From Selaginella moellendorffii (lineage: Eukaryota; Plantae; Lycopodiophyta): a stretch of DNA of 64,000 nucleotides. The position numbers were made by a program, and so were the translations under genes. Numbering within the stretch: position 1 is the first letter of the stretch; every line of letters starts with the position of its first letter. The DNA is taken from contig NW_003314279.1 in the NCBI RefSeq assembly GCF_000143415.4, positions 1,164,091 through 1,228,090 on the forward strand. The letters are read 5' to 3'. The notes under the pieces were generated by a model. It did not search any database and had not been told where the DNA came from. It saw only the letters and a program-made list of their open reading frames with translations. Shown here piece by piece: positions 36,806 to 46,979 of the stretch.

Positions 36806-37248
36806 TCAAGTAGCCTGTGGGATGTTTATGGGACCACTTCGAGTCTCGGGCTCCAGCATTCGCTGGGCTCTCTTCTTCGCACAGTGCTGCCGATCGAAAT
36901 GCCTCACCTGATTGATACCAACAAAGCTCCGATCACGCAAAGAGAAACAAAAGAAACGCCAGGAAAGAAGAGAGAGAAATAATACCCAAGTCGATCTACA
37001 CATCTTCTCGAATTGCGCCCGGCTGTGCTTGCAATCCGACGGATAGAGCAGCCCCACCGTCCCACTCTCCGTCGCAGCGCCCTTGGAGCTCTCCACGCAT
37101 TGGAAGAACGCGTCGCGTGCCTAGAATAATCCCCTCCGCATAAACCCTAAACCCCACACCCACAACCACAACCGTCTACCTTGTAGCAAGCCGATCTGCC
37201 CGCCGCTAGCACCTTGGCGTCCACGTCCCCGCTCGCCGCGCTTCCCAT
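36806..37248 (-). CDS. COA6: Cytochrome c oxidase assembly factor 6 (COX6B-family twin-CX9C-like protein); 3 exons
   Basis: Spliced product MGSAASGDVDAKVLAAGRSACYK/ARDAFFQCVE...GLLYPSDCKHSRAQFEKMCRSTW/VRHFDRQHC; GT-AG introns visible. Confidence 0.88.
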
Positions 37249-37344
37249 CAAGCTTCCTCACAACTCCATCCCCTCTGTTTCAAGGGCTCTTTGTTTTTTA
37301 GGGTTCTTCGCTGGAAGGCGGATATTCCTAGAATATTTATCTCC

Positions 37345-39273
37345 TCAATGGCTAGCACAGCCAGCAAAGACATTGGAATTGGCCTTGGTGTGATAGGCGA
37401 AGTTGGCGATGGGCGTGAGAGCCCCGACTCTCTCCCCGTTGCGCAGCATCTCCTCCACGTCCAGCTTCTCCAGCGTCAGCACCGCCCTCGACTCGCTCCA
37501 CACGAACGCGAGCATCCCACTCCGGTGCACGAACAGCGCCCCGGGCTTGGAGCTCGGGTACCGGAAGCCATACCCGTTGGAGATTCCCTCGCCCTGGTAG
37601 CACTCCATCGTCTCCACGACGCTCCCATCCCGGTAGCTCTCCCACGGGAACCTCTCCGGCGATGGCTCCTCCACTCTCGCAGTGAACATCGCCGATCCAT
37701 TCGGATGAAGAACGTAGTGAGTCCCCTCCAGGATCTTGGTCGCGATCAGCAGCCTTCCTCCTCCACCACCATCTCTCTCGCGATCGCCCTCGTCGTCGTA
37801 CGAGAGCAGCAGGAAGAAGAGTGGCTTCCCGGGCTTGCTCTCCCCGTCCGGCCGCCCCGGCGGCCATCCGAAAGTCCCGCCCCACAGGCCGGCAAGCTCG
37901 CGGCCCTCCACAGCCTTCTGCTCGGGGAGCTTGTAGAGCGCGAACCGGTTCTCGCAGATGATCGGCCAGGCCCGGTAGAGCGTCAACTTCAAGCTCGCCG
38001 CCTCGAGCCGGAGCCCAACCCCGGCGCCCTGCCGGAGGTACTCCCGCAGCGTCAATCGCCTGCTCGGTGCTGCCCCCGGTGACGCCACCTCCGTCCTGTT
38101 CTTCCTCTTCCCCTCCTGCGCCGCCAGCTTACTCCGCAGGACGATCTGCCTAATCTTCGCCTTAAGAAAGCCCGCAAAACCGGATCTTTTCGAAGCCGGC
38201 GTCGTTGCAGCGATCGTAGAAGTGGCAGCATTGGCAGTGGCAGCAGCAGGCCTGTCCTCGCTAGCGTACGAGCTTCCCAACTTCCCAGACAAACATTCCG
38301 AGTCCACAATCCTGTGGTGGTGGCAGTGGCAAGACGAAGGCGTCTTCGCTTCTCCACCTCCCCGACCGGTTTCTGTGCTGCGGGGGTCCCCATGCACGTA
38401 CATCCACAGCAGCAATGCGTGCCTCTCGGTCATCGCCCTGAGCTCCTTCTTGGACGCCAAGCTCGGCCGGGAGATAAGCGGCCCCTGCGCCAGCGCCGGC
38501 ATTTTGATCCGGATCTCCGCCACCACCATCTCCAGCAGCCGCCTCCGGTCGCCGAAGCTCAGCCTCCCGAAGCAGATCCCCTCGTCCTCCTCCGACGGCC
38601 TCCTCGCGCTGAATCTCCTGCCGGAGCAATCGTCGTCGCTGCTGCAGGTGCTCTCTACCGCGACACCGGCCAGAGTGCTGTCCGGGCTGCCACTCGGGCT
38701 CCTCCTCCCCCCCTCGGCCTCCAGGAAGGACTCGACCTCCAGCATCAAAACGTTGCAGCCTTCTCTCGCCGGCTCCACTCGCCCCGGGTAGCACCAGTCC
38801 TCCTTGTCCCTGCCGTGGAGGAAGAAGGCCAGCGATCCATCGGGAGCTCCAATCACCTCGAACACTGGCGCCCAGAGAAGGCCGCGCTTCATCCCCCGCG
38901 GGCCGAGCTCCTGGGGGATGATCCGGCAGCCGATGATGGAGAGGAATCCCCAGGTCACGTACACCAAGTTGCCGAGCTCTGGGTTTTGGTGCACCCAGAT
39001 GCCGAGGAGGGGCCTCACTCCAACCAGGAAGCGATAGAGCGCCCGGTGTGACTCCATCCCGCTCCTCCAGGCATTCAAGTCGATGGATTCGCCCTCGGCC
39101 AGGCGCTGGCACTGCGGGAGCCAGAGCTTGTCCGACGAGCACGCGCTTCGAAGCTTGCGGCAAGTGGCGCTGAGGATGCAGAGATCCCTGTGGCCGACCC
39201 GGCTTGTGATCAATCCGAGGAGGTCAAGCGGGAGATCGGGCAGAGCGCTCGGAATTCCGCCGAAATCTTCCAT
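37345..39273 (-). CDS. F-box protein (At5g39450-like; FBXO31-type C-terminus), single exon
   Basis: N-terminal F-box LPDLPLDLLGLI...; GIWVHQNPELGNLV; LIATKILEGTHYVLHPNG. Confidence 0.9.
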   Translation of the reverse strand: MEDFGGIPSALPDLPLDLLGLITSRVGHRDLCILSATCRKLRSACSSDKLWLPQCQRLAEGESIDLNAWRSGMESHRALYRFLVGVRPLLGIWVHQNPELGNLVYVTWGFLSIIGCRIIPQELGPRGMKRGLLWAPVFEVIGAPDGSLAFFLHGRDKEDWCYPGRVEPAREGCNVLMLEVESFLEAEGGRRSPSGSPDSTLAGVAVESTCSSDDDCSGRRFSARRPSEEDEGICFGRLSFGDRRRLLEMVVAEIRIKMPALAQGPLISRPSLASKKELRAMTERHALLLWMYVHGDPRSTETGRGGGEAKTPSSCHCHHHRIVDSECLSGKLGSSYASEDRPAAATANAATSTIAATTPASKRSGFAGFLKAKIRQIVLRSKLAAQEGKRKNRTEVASPGAAPSRRLTLREYLRQGAGVGLRLEAASLKLTLYRAWPIICENRFALYKLPEQKAVEGRELAGLWGGTFGWPPGRPDGESKPGKPLFFLLLSYDDEGDRERDGGGGGRLLIATKILEGTHYVLHPNGSAMFTARVEEPSPERFPWESYRDGSVVETMECYQGEGISNGYGFRYPSSKPGALFVHRSGMLAFVWSESRAVLTLEKLDVEEMLRNGERVGALTPIANFAYHTKANSNVFAGCASH

Positions 39274-40269
39274 CGGATAGCCCAGCGAGAGAATCGAAAA
39301 GAAAAAAGAACCTGGCCCGCGCTGCCTCAGCTCTGATCGATGGCACGAAAAAGATGAATCAGCGAAGAAATTTCCTAGAAATCACGCTCACCTTTCGCAT
39401 TGGACCGGCTCTCCCTGGAGCTGGAAGAAAGGCGGCCGATCTTTTAGGTCAGACTACCTCCATTTGCGCCGGCAAAGCGCCTGGCGACCGAGAGCGAGCG
39501 ATCGATCAATCATCCATCGATTGATCGACAGATGCCCCGCCAGGACCGCGTACGCAAGGAAGAAAAAGAGCTCGCAGCCAAATAACCTAAACGAAAAATC
39601 GGGCGCCACGCACTAAAGACGCGATGGATAATTAAGGAAAACGTTTAAAACGCTAAACTCTTTGACCGTTGACGAGGATTCTTGAGACTACCAACGCCCC
39701 AGATTTGCAATATCCAACGGCTGCCAAAGATTCGGCAAAGATTCCCGTGTCCAACGAAAAGAATAAAGGAGCCTTAGAAAGCGTAGAAAGTCGTCGTGAG
39801 AGAGCACAACAAGGCACGTACAAAAGGTGGCCCCGTCCTTTAGATTTGCTGTCACGTTTCACTTCAACTTCACTAGCCAGAACTATTGAATTTTTCCAGT
39901 CTTGCTAACCACTAGGCAAATGTTTCTCGTGAGCCGAAGCTGTGCTGGATCACGATGGAAACATCACGTAACACAGTGATTGATATTGATTTCTCTTGTT
40001 GTTGTTGACCGAGCGAAGAGGATTTTTTCATCCCAAATTCTTTAGTTTTGCAAAGATCGATCCCAACTCTCCAAGCAATAATAATATACTTCGATAGAGT
40101 TTTCAACGATCTCGAAGCTGGAATCTGGATGGATGGGCGCTGGGGTCCGCAAGTTATCTACCTGGACTCGAGCCACAGTTTAGTACCGAGTTTTAAGAAC
40201 GAGGCAGAATGTACTACCGAGCAAAATCAAGCAACCTGTAATGCTTTCCGGTGCATGTTCTTGATTTAT

Positions 40270-42601
40270 GTTATGATGGCGATGGACGATATGAGGTAGC
40301 CGACGAGTTGCACTCCTCCACTCTCCACTCGTCCAATTTTTTCCTGCTTTGAGACTTACATGATGGACTGGTTTGTGAGGAGCTTTCCATCGTGACGTGT
40401 GCTGGGCATCAGCGTTTGGTACTTTTGGACGTGCGGCTTTGGAACAAGGAAGCTGCACCACACGAAAAGAGCTCCTAAGAATTGGAAATATGAAGTTTAG
40501 AGTCGCAAACCTTTTAGTGCAACAACTGAGTTTTTATCGATGTCTCAGTATTGCAAACAGGTCCTCTGAAGCTCGAGTAGGATCGGGAGCTTTGAAGCTG
40601 AAATGCTGAACATTCTTGGGATTATCGTCAGCACTTATTTTGAGTTGTCCCTTGAGGAAGGAAGGAGTATCCAGATCACATCTGTTAAGCAGTTGATAAG
40701 TTACAGATCATTCAACCAAGATCCTGCTCACCTCTTAAAGGATAAATTCCTTTTCTTAGAACTCTTAGACAACCACATTGGAAATCTTAGTTTGTGATCC
40801 GCCTGTGACGCGCATCACGAGGCATGTTAGCGTCGTGAGGAAAACCGCACAAGCACCGCTTACAGTCGTGTCGAAGGATTGTCTTGTTCCTTGCAAAATG
40901 GATGAGCTGTAAAGCAGCAGTCATTATAAAAACTTCTATGAAACACGGCAGTTTACCAGGTAAGAACCAAAATCATCGAGAAAAGCTCCGACAGCTCCCG
41001 TCTGCCACGGCAAATGCTTTTGTCCATCACGTCTCCATCGCACAAGTAATCTGAAGCTTTCGAAAAGGCATTCAGGATGGATGCTCCTCTGCAAGGTTTG
41101 TAATTAAGATAGTTTTCCTGTTTGCACAGTTGCGTCAGGACAACCAGGACAGAAGTAGCCACACCTGATGATACTCATACCTGAACAAGAAGGAATATAA
41201 AACCAACATCTTGAAGAACCATGTTCACGCGAGCTTCTATTGTGTATGAAGTTTTGGCTCCTCTTCCTTCACCCGCTTCGGCACAAAAACTGTAAATCCA
41301 CTGATCGGTAAACTTTCCGATAGAATTTTCAAAACTGACCTGTCCATAATCCCAAAAGAACCCAAGCAAGCATCTCTAACATCCACTCCTGAGTTCAGAG
41401 AATACCCTGCACATGCATACTGCAAAAAAATGTAAGAACTCGATCTGACACACCGGTTCATACCTGCATTTGAATCAAAACATGGCGAACGTCGCGATGT
41501 GCGCTGTCTACAAGCGAGCTTAAAAATAACTAACCACCGTTTTCTTTTCAGATCAGGAACACATTAGCGACAGGAAACTACCTTGTCCACACGTAAACAC
41601 TCTTTTTCTTGGACTTGAATGAGGAGTTTTAAGATCTGCAACAAAAGCAAAGATAAGTTTCTAAACAGAAAGGAAAACGCACCTCACTTCTACTGGGTTT
41701 CTGGAACTTCAGCACTGAGCAATATTCCATGAGCCTGCGAAGCCTCTTGTCGTAAATGTCATTACAGATGCACATAATCGGAAGCCGTCCCTGTTGTAAA
41801 AGGCTAAGCACCGCCTGAATCGCTGTCTCGTCGATGTTGTCTATCTCATCGAATATAAGGACAACCTTCTTACTTAGTCCAAGATTTGTTGTTAGACACT
41901 GATTGTCAGCTCGTATGTTCCAGGTCTTTCTATGTACAGCCTACAAGTACAAGGAGTTAGCTAAGAGCTCATAAATTTTTTGATGTTCAAGTATACCATC
42001 ACAGGGCTAAACTCCAGTTCCTCGCAAACAGCAACAGCAGCAGATGTCTTTCCTACACCAGATGGCCCACTGATTATAACAGCTCTTTTAACATTCTTTA
42101 CTGATCTCGTCTTGGAAGCAAAGTTTTCTTCCCATGTTTGTAACCAAGTATGCAAACGCGTGATCTGCCAGACAACAAAGAACTTAAGCTAGAATAAAAA
42201 ATCGAGACTCACAAGCACTTGGTTCCCCACAATGTCACTTCTCGTTCTCGGCCGATACTTGTGTGTCCACAAGCTAGATTCAGCACATAAGGATCTCTCC
42301 GTGCTTTCCCCGGCTTGAAAAACCGCCTTTTGCCTCTTTGGAGGAGGATACAGCCTGGGCTCCAAGGAGAAACGCTGCTTTACAGTTACCTCCCTCGCAC
42401 AGCACGCCTCAAAGCTTGGAAGCATCAACTAAATGAATACGAACGATGTTAATCTCGATCCATCCAACTTAAATTTCATACCTGAGGTAGCTGCTGCTGT
42501 GACTTCGCAAAAAATCGAGAAATCTTCGTGTAATCTGACCTGCGCTCGTCAGCGCCATCACGCCGTGCTCCATCCAGCCGCCAGAAAGCCGCGCCTTGCA
42601 T
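40270..42601 (-). CDS. Replication factor C large subunit (RFC1)-like AAA+ protein; divergent, multi-exon, both ends approximate
   Basis: LWTHKYRP...DIVGNQ; Walker A SGPSGVGKTS; Walker B LIFDEID; PIMCICND; ENYLNYKP. Confidence 0.75.
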
Positions 42602-42693
42602 CCGGAAAAGACCATAAACCCTAGATAGAGGTTTGAGCGGGAAATTTAAAACTATGGAGATTCCGACAAGCCCTAGCTGACGTGTCAGATTAA

Positions 42694-43521
42694 ATGGCAA
42701 TGGCTGTGGCGCTCATACCGCTTCCTCCGCGAGCTTCTCTCTCCGTCCACCAGGAATGCGGCGGCGCCAAGGGCCTAGGGTTTGGCATTCGCGTAGCTTC
42801 TTCTTCGCGGCCGAGGCTGCTCTTGCGGCCGCCCAACGGGCAGCTCGGATTCTACGTCGAGCCCGACATCGATGAGGATGAGGTGTGGGATCCGGCCAAG
42901 ACCAAGGGTGACGACGAGGTATGGGACTTTCCTCGTTTTCTTCTGGGAAAGATGTGAGATTTTCGTATGAATGGGCAGCTGGATTCTTTTCCTTGGGGAA
43001 TTGCCGATGGCGCTCATTCGTGGCATGGAAACGAAGACGACAGTATGTAATTTTTCTTACTTGCTTGAAAGTAACCTTGTGTAGGCTAGCAGGACCATAT
43101 TGGGAGATTGTAGCTGAGACGATTGAAAAAGCTGGAGGTCCTACGTCAGGACTCCAAAGTGAGCTCTTGGTTTTTCTTTTCTTTCTTCCTCTTTCCTATC
43201 GTAATTTTTTGTTTTGTTAGAATGGATATCATGGAGTTTTCTGCCCATTCTCTTCACCGGCATGGCATTCGGAGCGCCTGTAATCTTCTCCTTATCTTTA
43301 TTCTTTTGTTTTTGTTTTCTTTCTTGTCTGTATGGTCTGACCTTCGCTTCCAGGCAACTTATCTATTTCTCTACACCGTGCTTTTTATATTCGCGTTTAT
43401 CGGTATTGAGATGGATAAACCAGACCAGCCTCATAATTTTGATCCGGAGACATACCTTGAGATGATGGCCGAGCGAGACAAAGCTAAAATGCTGGAGCTC
43501 GGTCCGGGAAATGATATGTAA
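42694..43521 (+). CDS. PnsB5: Chloroplast NDH complex subcomplex B subunit PnsB5 (NDH18); multi-exon
   Basis: Transit peptide; VEPDIDED; WISWSFLP; IEMDKPDQPHNFDPETY, matching the NDH18 motif IEMDKPDQPHNFEP. Confidence 0.85.
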
Positions 43522-43848
43522 CTGTTTTTTTGAGTCGACTGTTACATGTACAGGCAAAGATAAGAAAGGATCGATTCTTGTACGGGCTGCGCTTTCTTAT
43601 GTTGATACTCAAGCTTTGTATGCAGGAAATCCTTTTCAGCTCGAGCTGCTAGAGGTAATCAAACTTTTAGAAGGAAGCATCGTTCTCATATGGATTGCAG
43701 GCTTTCTTTGTAACCAAGTGAGAAAGCAAGCGAGAGCTTGGTCTGGAACAAAGTCGGCATAAGAGCGTAAGCTTATGCGGATAAAGCTGCTGGTTTCTGC
43801 TCAAGGTGTCTCTTACTTTTATATACTGGAAAAACGAGTTTTGAATAA

Positions 43849-45465
43849 TCATGCTGGATCGCTGCTGGAACTCCAGACAGAAGCTGCAATTAAAGGTCTG
43901 GATTTCCAGCAAAGTAACATCGTATCTTCATCTTCTTGAATTTGATGCCCGTCTTGAAACAGTCCAACGAGGAGCCTTGCCTGGCAACGATTATAAGAGC
44001 TGAAAGAACGCTGCTGGAAGCCGACGGCTTCGGCAAGGCCCGACCATCTGTTCTTCACCATCTTGCCGGAGAAGTCTACGTGACTCACAGCTTCTTTTTC
44101 CAAAGGAGATCGACTCACGGCCGAAGTGACCGTGTTCTTAATCCGGGGTCCCAAAAAGACACGCTCGACCAGAGAACGCATTTCATCTTCCGATGCCAGC
44201 GTTGCTTCCAGGGAATCGAAGAGGGTGGAGTAGTGGTACAGGGCCTCGTGGAAACGTCCCGTGAACGTCGTCGACGTGCAGCTGAGATCTTCCTCGACTA
44301 TCGCCAGGACTCTTGGCCGGAGGGCCGCCATCTTCCCGAGAAAGAAACGGACAGCATCCCGGGAGTGACATGACATGTGTGGGAGATGGAGCATGCAGTT
44401 GACAACGAGTGCCTCTCCTTGTATGAGCTTGAGGGACGAGCTGAGGAACTCCTCAGATTCTCCATCAACTCGGACTTGGTTGAAAACGAAGGGAACGTTG
44501 AATTGTCGAGCACAAGCAGCCAGCCTCTTCCCAGTTTCCTGGGTTGTGGAGAGGGCCCCCTTGGAGTTCGGCCGGTAGAGAGCAGTGATCTTGAGTTGCG
44601 GAGGACCTCCAGCTCTCAAAGCCAGCGATTGCATCAGCGAAGGCCACTGGACCCCGTCCGTTATATCAAAGTCAAAAATGTGGACTCTCTGCTCTCCGGC
44701 CACGGATTCGAGGATGGCCTGGTTTGCTGAGAAGTGGCCAAACTTGATGTAGGGGCAGATCTCGTGCAGGACATGGAAAGCTCCGACAGTGTCGAACTGA
44801 GACTCGGTCCGGCTGAAGAACTTCAGCCCGTGGAGCCTGCAATTGAGAGCATCGCGAAAGTAAGCCGCAATTCTTTGCATTGTTGTTCCTGACTGAGTGG
44901 AGCAGCAGCTTTTCAGGCGGTCAATTATGGCTATGGCGAGATCAGTCTCACCACAGACGGTGGCTTCGGCAGCTCCCAGCAACAGATGGACGAGACGGAT
45001 GCTGTCCATGTCTTCGTCCCAGGGATGCACTTGCACTCCAAGTTCCGGGTAGACAAAGTCCACTCTTTCATCGTGGGAGTGGTGCCTAAAGTCGACTAAA
45101 CTCCTCTCGATCTCTTGCTGCTGCTGATACTGTGGAGGAGAAACTGGATTGACGGCAACCTGCTGGGGATCCGGGAAAGACCTTTCATGGTCATCGAGCA
45201 TAGCCTTCATCAATCTTCTGAGATCGTCGTCCTCACAAGTTGCTGAAGACTGGACGAACTCACCACTGTAGTCGGGCGAGACAGTATCCTCGGAGTTCCG
45301 GCTATCATCGAAGGACGAAGGTGAATGGCTCTCAAAGCTCCATCTCTCTACCAAAACAGGAATGTCAGCGATAGAAGTATCCATAGGGACATCCTCGACT
45401 GGAGAACCAAAGCAATTCGGGGAGAAGCTACTATTTAGACGACCAAAGCTGGTATCGAGCAGCAT
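43849..45465 (-). CDS. NSP2: GRAS transcription factor, NSP2-like, single exon
   Basis: RLVHLLLGAAEA; PYIKFGHFSANQAILE; VHIFD variant of VHIID; GVQWPSLMQSLA; WKSRPLIAASVW. First ATG at 45465. Confidence 0.85.
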   Translation of the reverse strand: MLLDTSFGRLNSSFSPNCFGSPVEDVPMDTSIADIPVLVERWSFESHSPSSFDDSRNSEDTVSPDYSGEFVQSSATCEDDDLRRLMKAMLDDHERSFPDPQQVAVNPVSPPQYQQQQEIERSLVDFRHHSHDERVDFVYPELGVQVHPWDEDMDSIRLVHLLLGAAEATVCGETDLAIAIIDRLKSCCSTQSGTTMQRIAAYFRDALNCRLHGLKFFSRTESQFDTVGAFHVLHEICPYIKFGHFSANQAILESVAGEQRVHIFDFDITDGVQWPSLMQSLALRAGGPPQLKITALYRPNSKGALSTTQETGKRLAACARQFNVPFVFNQVRVDGESEEFLSSSLKLIQGEALVVNCMLHLPHMSCHSRDAVRFFLGKMAALRPRVLAIVEEDLSCTSTTFTGRFHEALYHYSTLFDSLEATLASEDEMRSLVERVFLGPRIKNTVTSAVSRSPLEKEAVSHVDFSGKMVKNRWSGLAEAVGFQQRSFSSYNRCQARLLVGLFQDGHQIQEDEDTMLLCWKSRPLIAASVWSSSSDPA

Positions 45466-45540
45466 TTGAAGGGAGGAGAGGGGACACTCAAAACTTTTCA
45501 GGTAAGTTTGTTGGTTTCCTAGGAGCTTGGAGTACAAAGT

Positions 45541-45616
45541 TTTTATATTAACCCATCCCTTCCCAATCTCCAGGACGCAAGGAGGCCACAGCTTTTACGG
45601 TGGGATCTCCACGTGG
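45541..45616 (-). promoter_or_regulatory. Proximal promoter of the NSP2-like gene: TATA box and G-box
   Basis: TAATATAAAA on the minus strand at 45541-45550; palindromic CCACGTGG at 45609-45616. Confidence 0.5.
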
Positions 45617-46579
45617 TGTTCTTCTACAAACTTTCAACACCACTGTGGGCGACGGCAGCGCAGGAATTAAGGTGTGCTGCCATGCAGCACTTCGATAAGA
45701 AAGAGAGGTGACGATTTCCACTCTGTTCTTGGAAGAGCCACTTGCGTTGATTTTCTCTTTGATCTGGTTTCTAGATTTTCATTTCGTGCTCGTCACAGGC
45801 ATCTCAGATGTTGCTATCAAGCTTTGTCTGATTGGAACATGTCACGTAAACATTCTCGCGGAGTCTGGATGCTGCAAACGAAAGCATGAAAAAGCCTCCC
45901 GAACAATTTAGTATCAAATATGTTCTCTTAAGGCGTGGACCTTACTACTTGACAATTCCGGAATCTCAGGCGCTACATCGGAAACCTTTTGTATAAGCCC
46001 TAAAAGAATATCCACGATTGGTTCGACAGTACGTGCTCATAAATGGATTATTTAATGTAAGAGAACCAAATTGCTCAAAGGCTATTACTTGAAAGCTAGG
46101 CTCTAGAGGTACTTGGCTCACATTATTTATTAATGTCTATCTAGACGAGTAAAGACCGACCGATTAGATGGAAGTAAGCTGGTAGTAGCCATCTGGAGTA
46201 ATACCTGAGTGAGAGAAGGAAGGATTCATCGAAAAAGAAGCAAGGAATATCATTGACAAACGTCTTTGTTTGGAGTCCACAAACTCGACCATGAGGAGCT
46301 GAAACGAAAGAAATGATATGATGATCTTGGGGTCCTGGAAAAAGGCTTGACGAAAGCTGGAAGCATTCGATCGCCGCAGCTGCGTTCTAGATGTAAATGC
46401 ATGGACTTTTCGACGAACTTGTAGATCCAAATGCCTTACCTTCGCATAGTTTTATCCTCCAAACAAGCAAGAAGAACACCAAGTAGCAAAGACAAGTAGC
46501 AAAGGAGAAACAGAAAAACTGAGGAAGAAAGAAAACAAGGAACCTGGAGACCAGCAGCGATCTTGAAGAGGTTTTTTTC

Positions 46580-46675
46580 CAAGGATGTGATATTGGCGCG
46601 GCTCAATTTGAGAGCGCTGGCTGAGCATTGCAGCGAACGCCATCTGATTGAGCCATCCCAATATCACATACCTCG
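46580..46675 (-). ncRNA. MIR171: MIR171 precursor hairpin; mature approx. UUGAGCCGCGCCAAUAUCACA(U) at 46585-46606
   Basis: Inverted repeat GTGATATTGGCGCGGCTCAAT ... ATTGAGCCATCCCAATATCAC. The canonical miR171 sequence is on the 3' arm of the minus strand, and a G-U wobble favours that strand. TATA-like motifs on the minus strand at 46851 and 47235. Confidence 0.93.
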
Positions 46676-46953
46676 CATATATTTCCCTGGACGATCGACG
46701 ACGAATATCAAATCGTTAGTGGAGTCCCGAGTGGAGCTAGCTCACGAGAAAACCAAAAGCACGCGAGAGTTCGAGAAAGAAAGGAATAGTAAAAATGACG
46801 ATCTGGAGATCCAGTCCGAAGATCTCAATCGATAAGCGGTGCCTGCAGCGATTTATAGCGTCAGTTAGGAGAGAAAAGGCAAGATATACTTGCAGTAGCA
46901 GTGCAGTGATAGCATGCCGGGAAGAAACAAAACCACGCCAAGATTCTCACAGA

Positions 46954-46979
46954 TCTCTCTCTCTCTCTCTCTCTCTCTC
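46954..46979. repeat. (TC)13 microsatellite
   Basis: Perfect TC run upstream of the MIR171 hairpin. Confidence 0.95.

Noticed and set aside
37291-39163. Long antisense/alternate-frame ORFs over the F-box gene (similar ones overlie the VIT and CAAX genes)
   Set aside because: Expected shadows of GC-rich coding sequence; no motifs.
46563-46835. ORF containing the GRAS-like peptide VILARL
   Set aside because: It is just the translation of the miR171-complementary arm.
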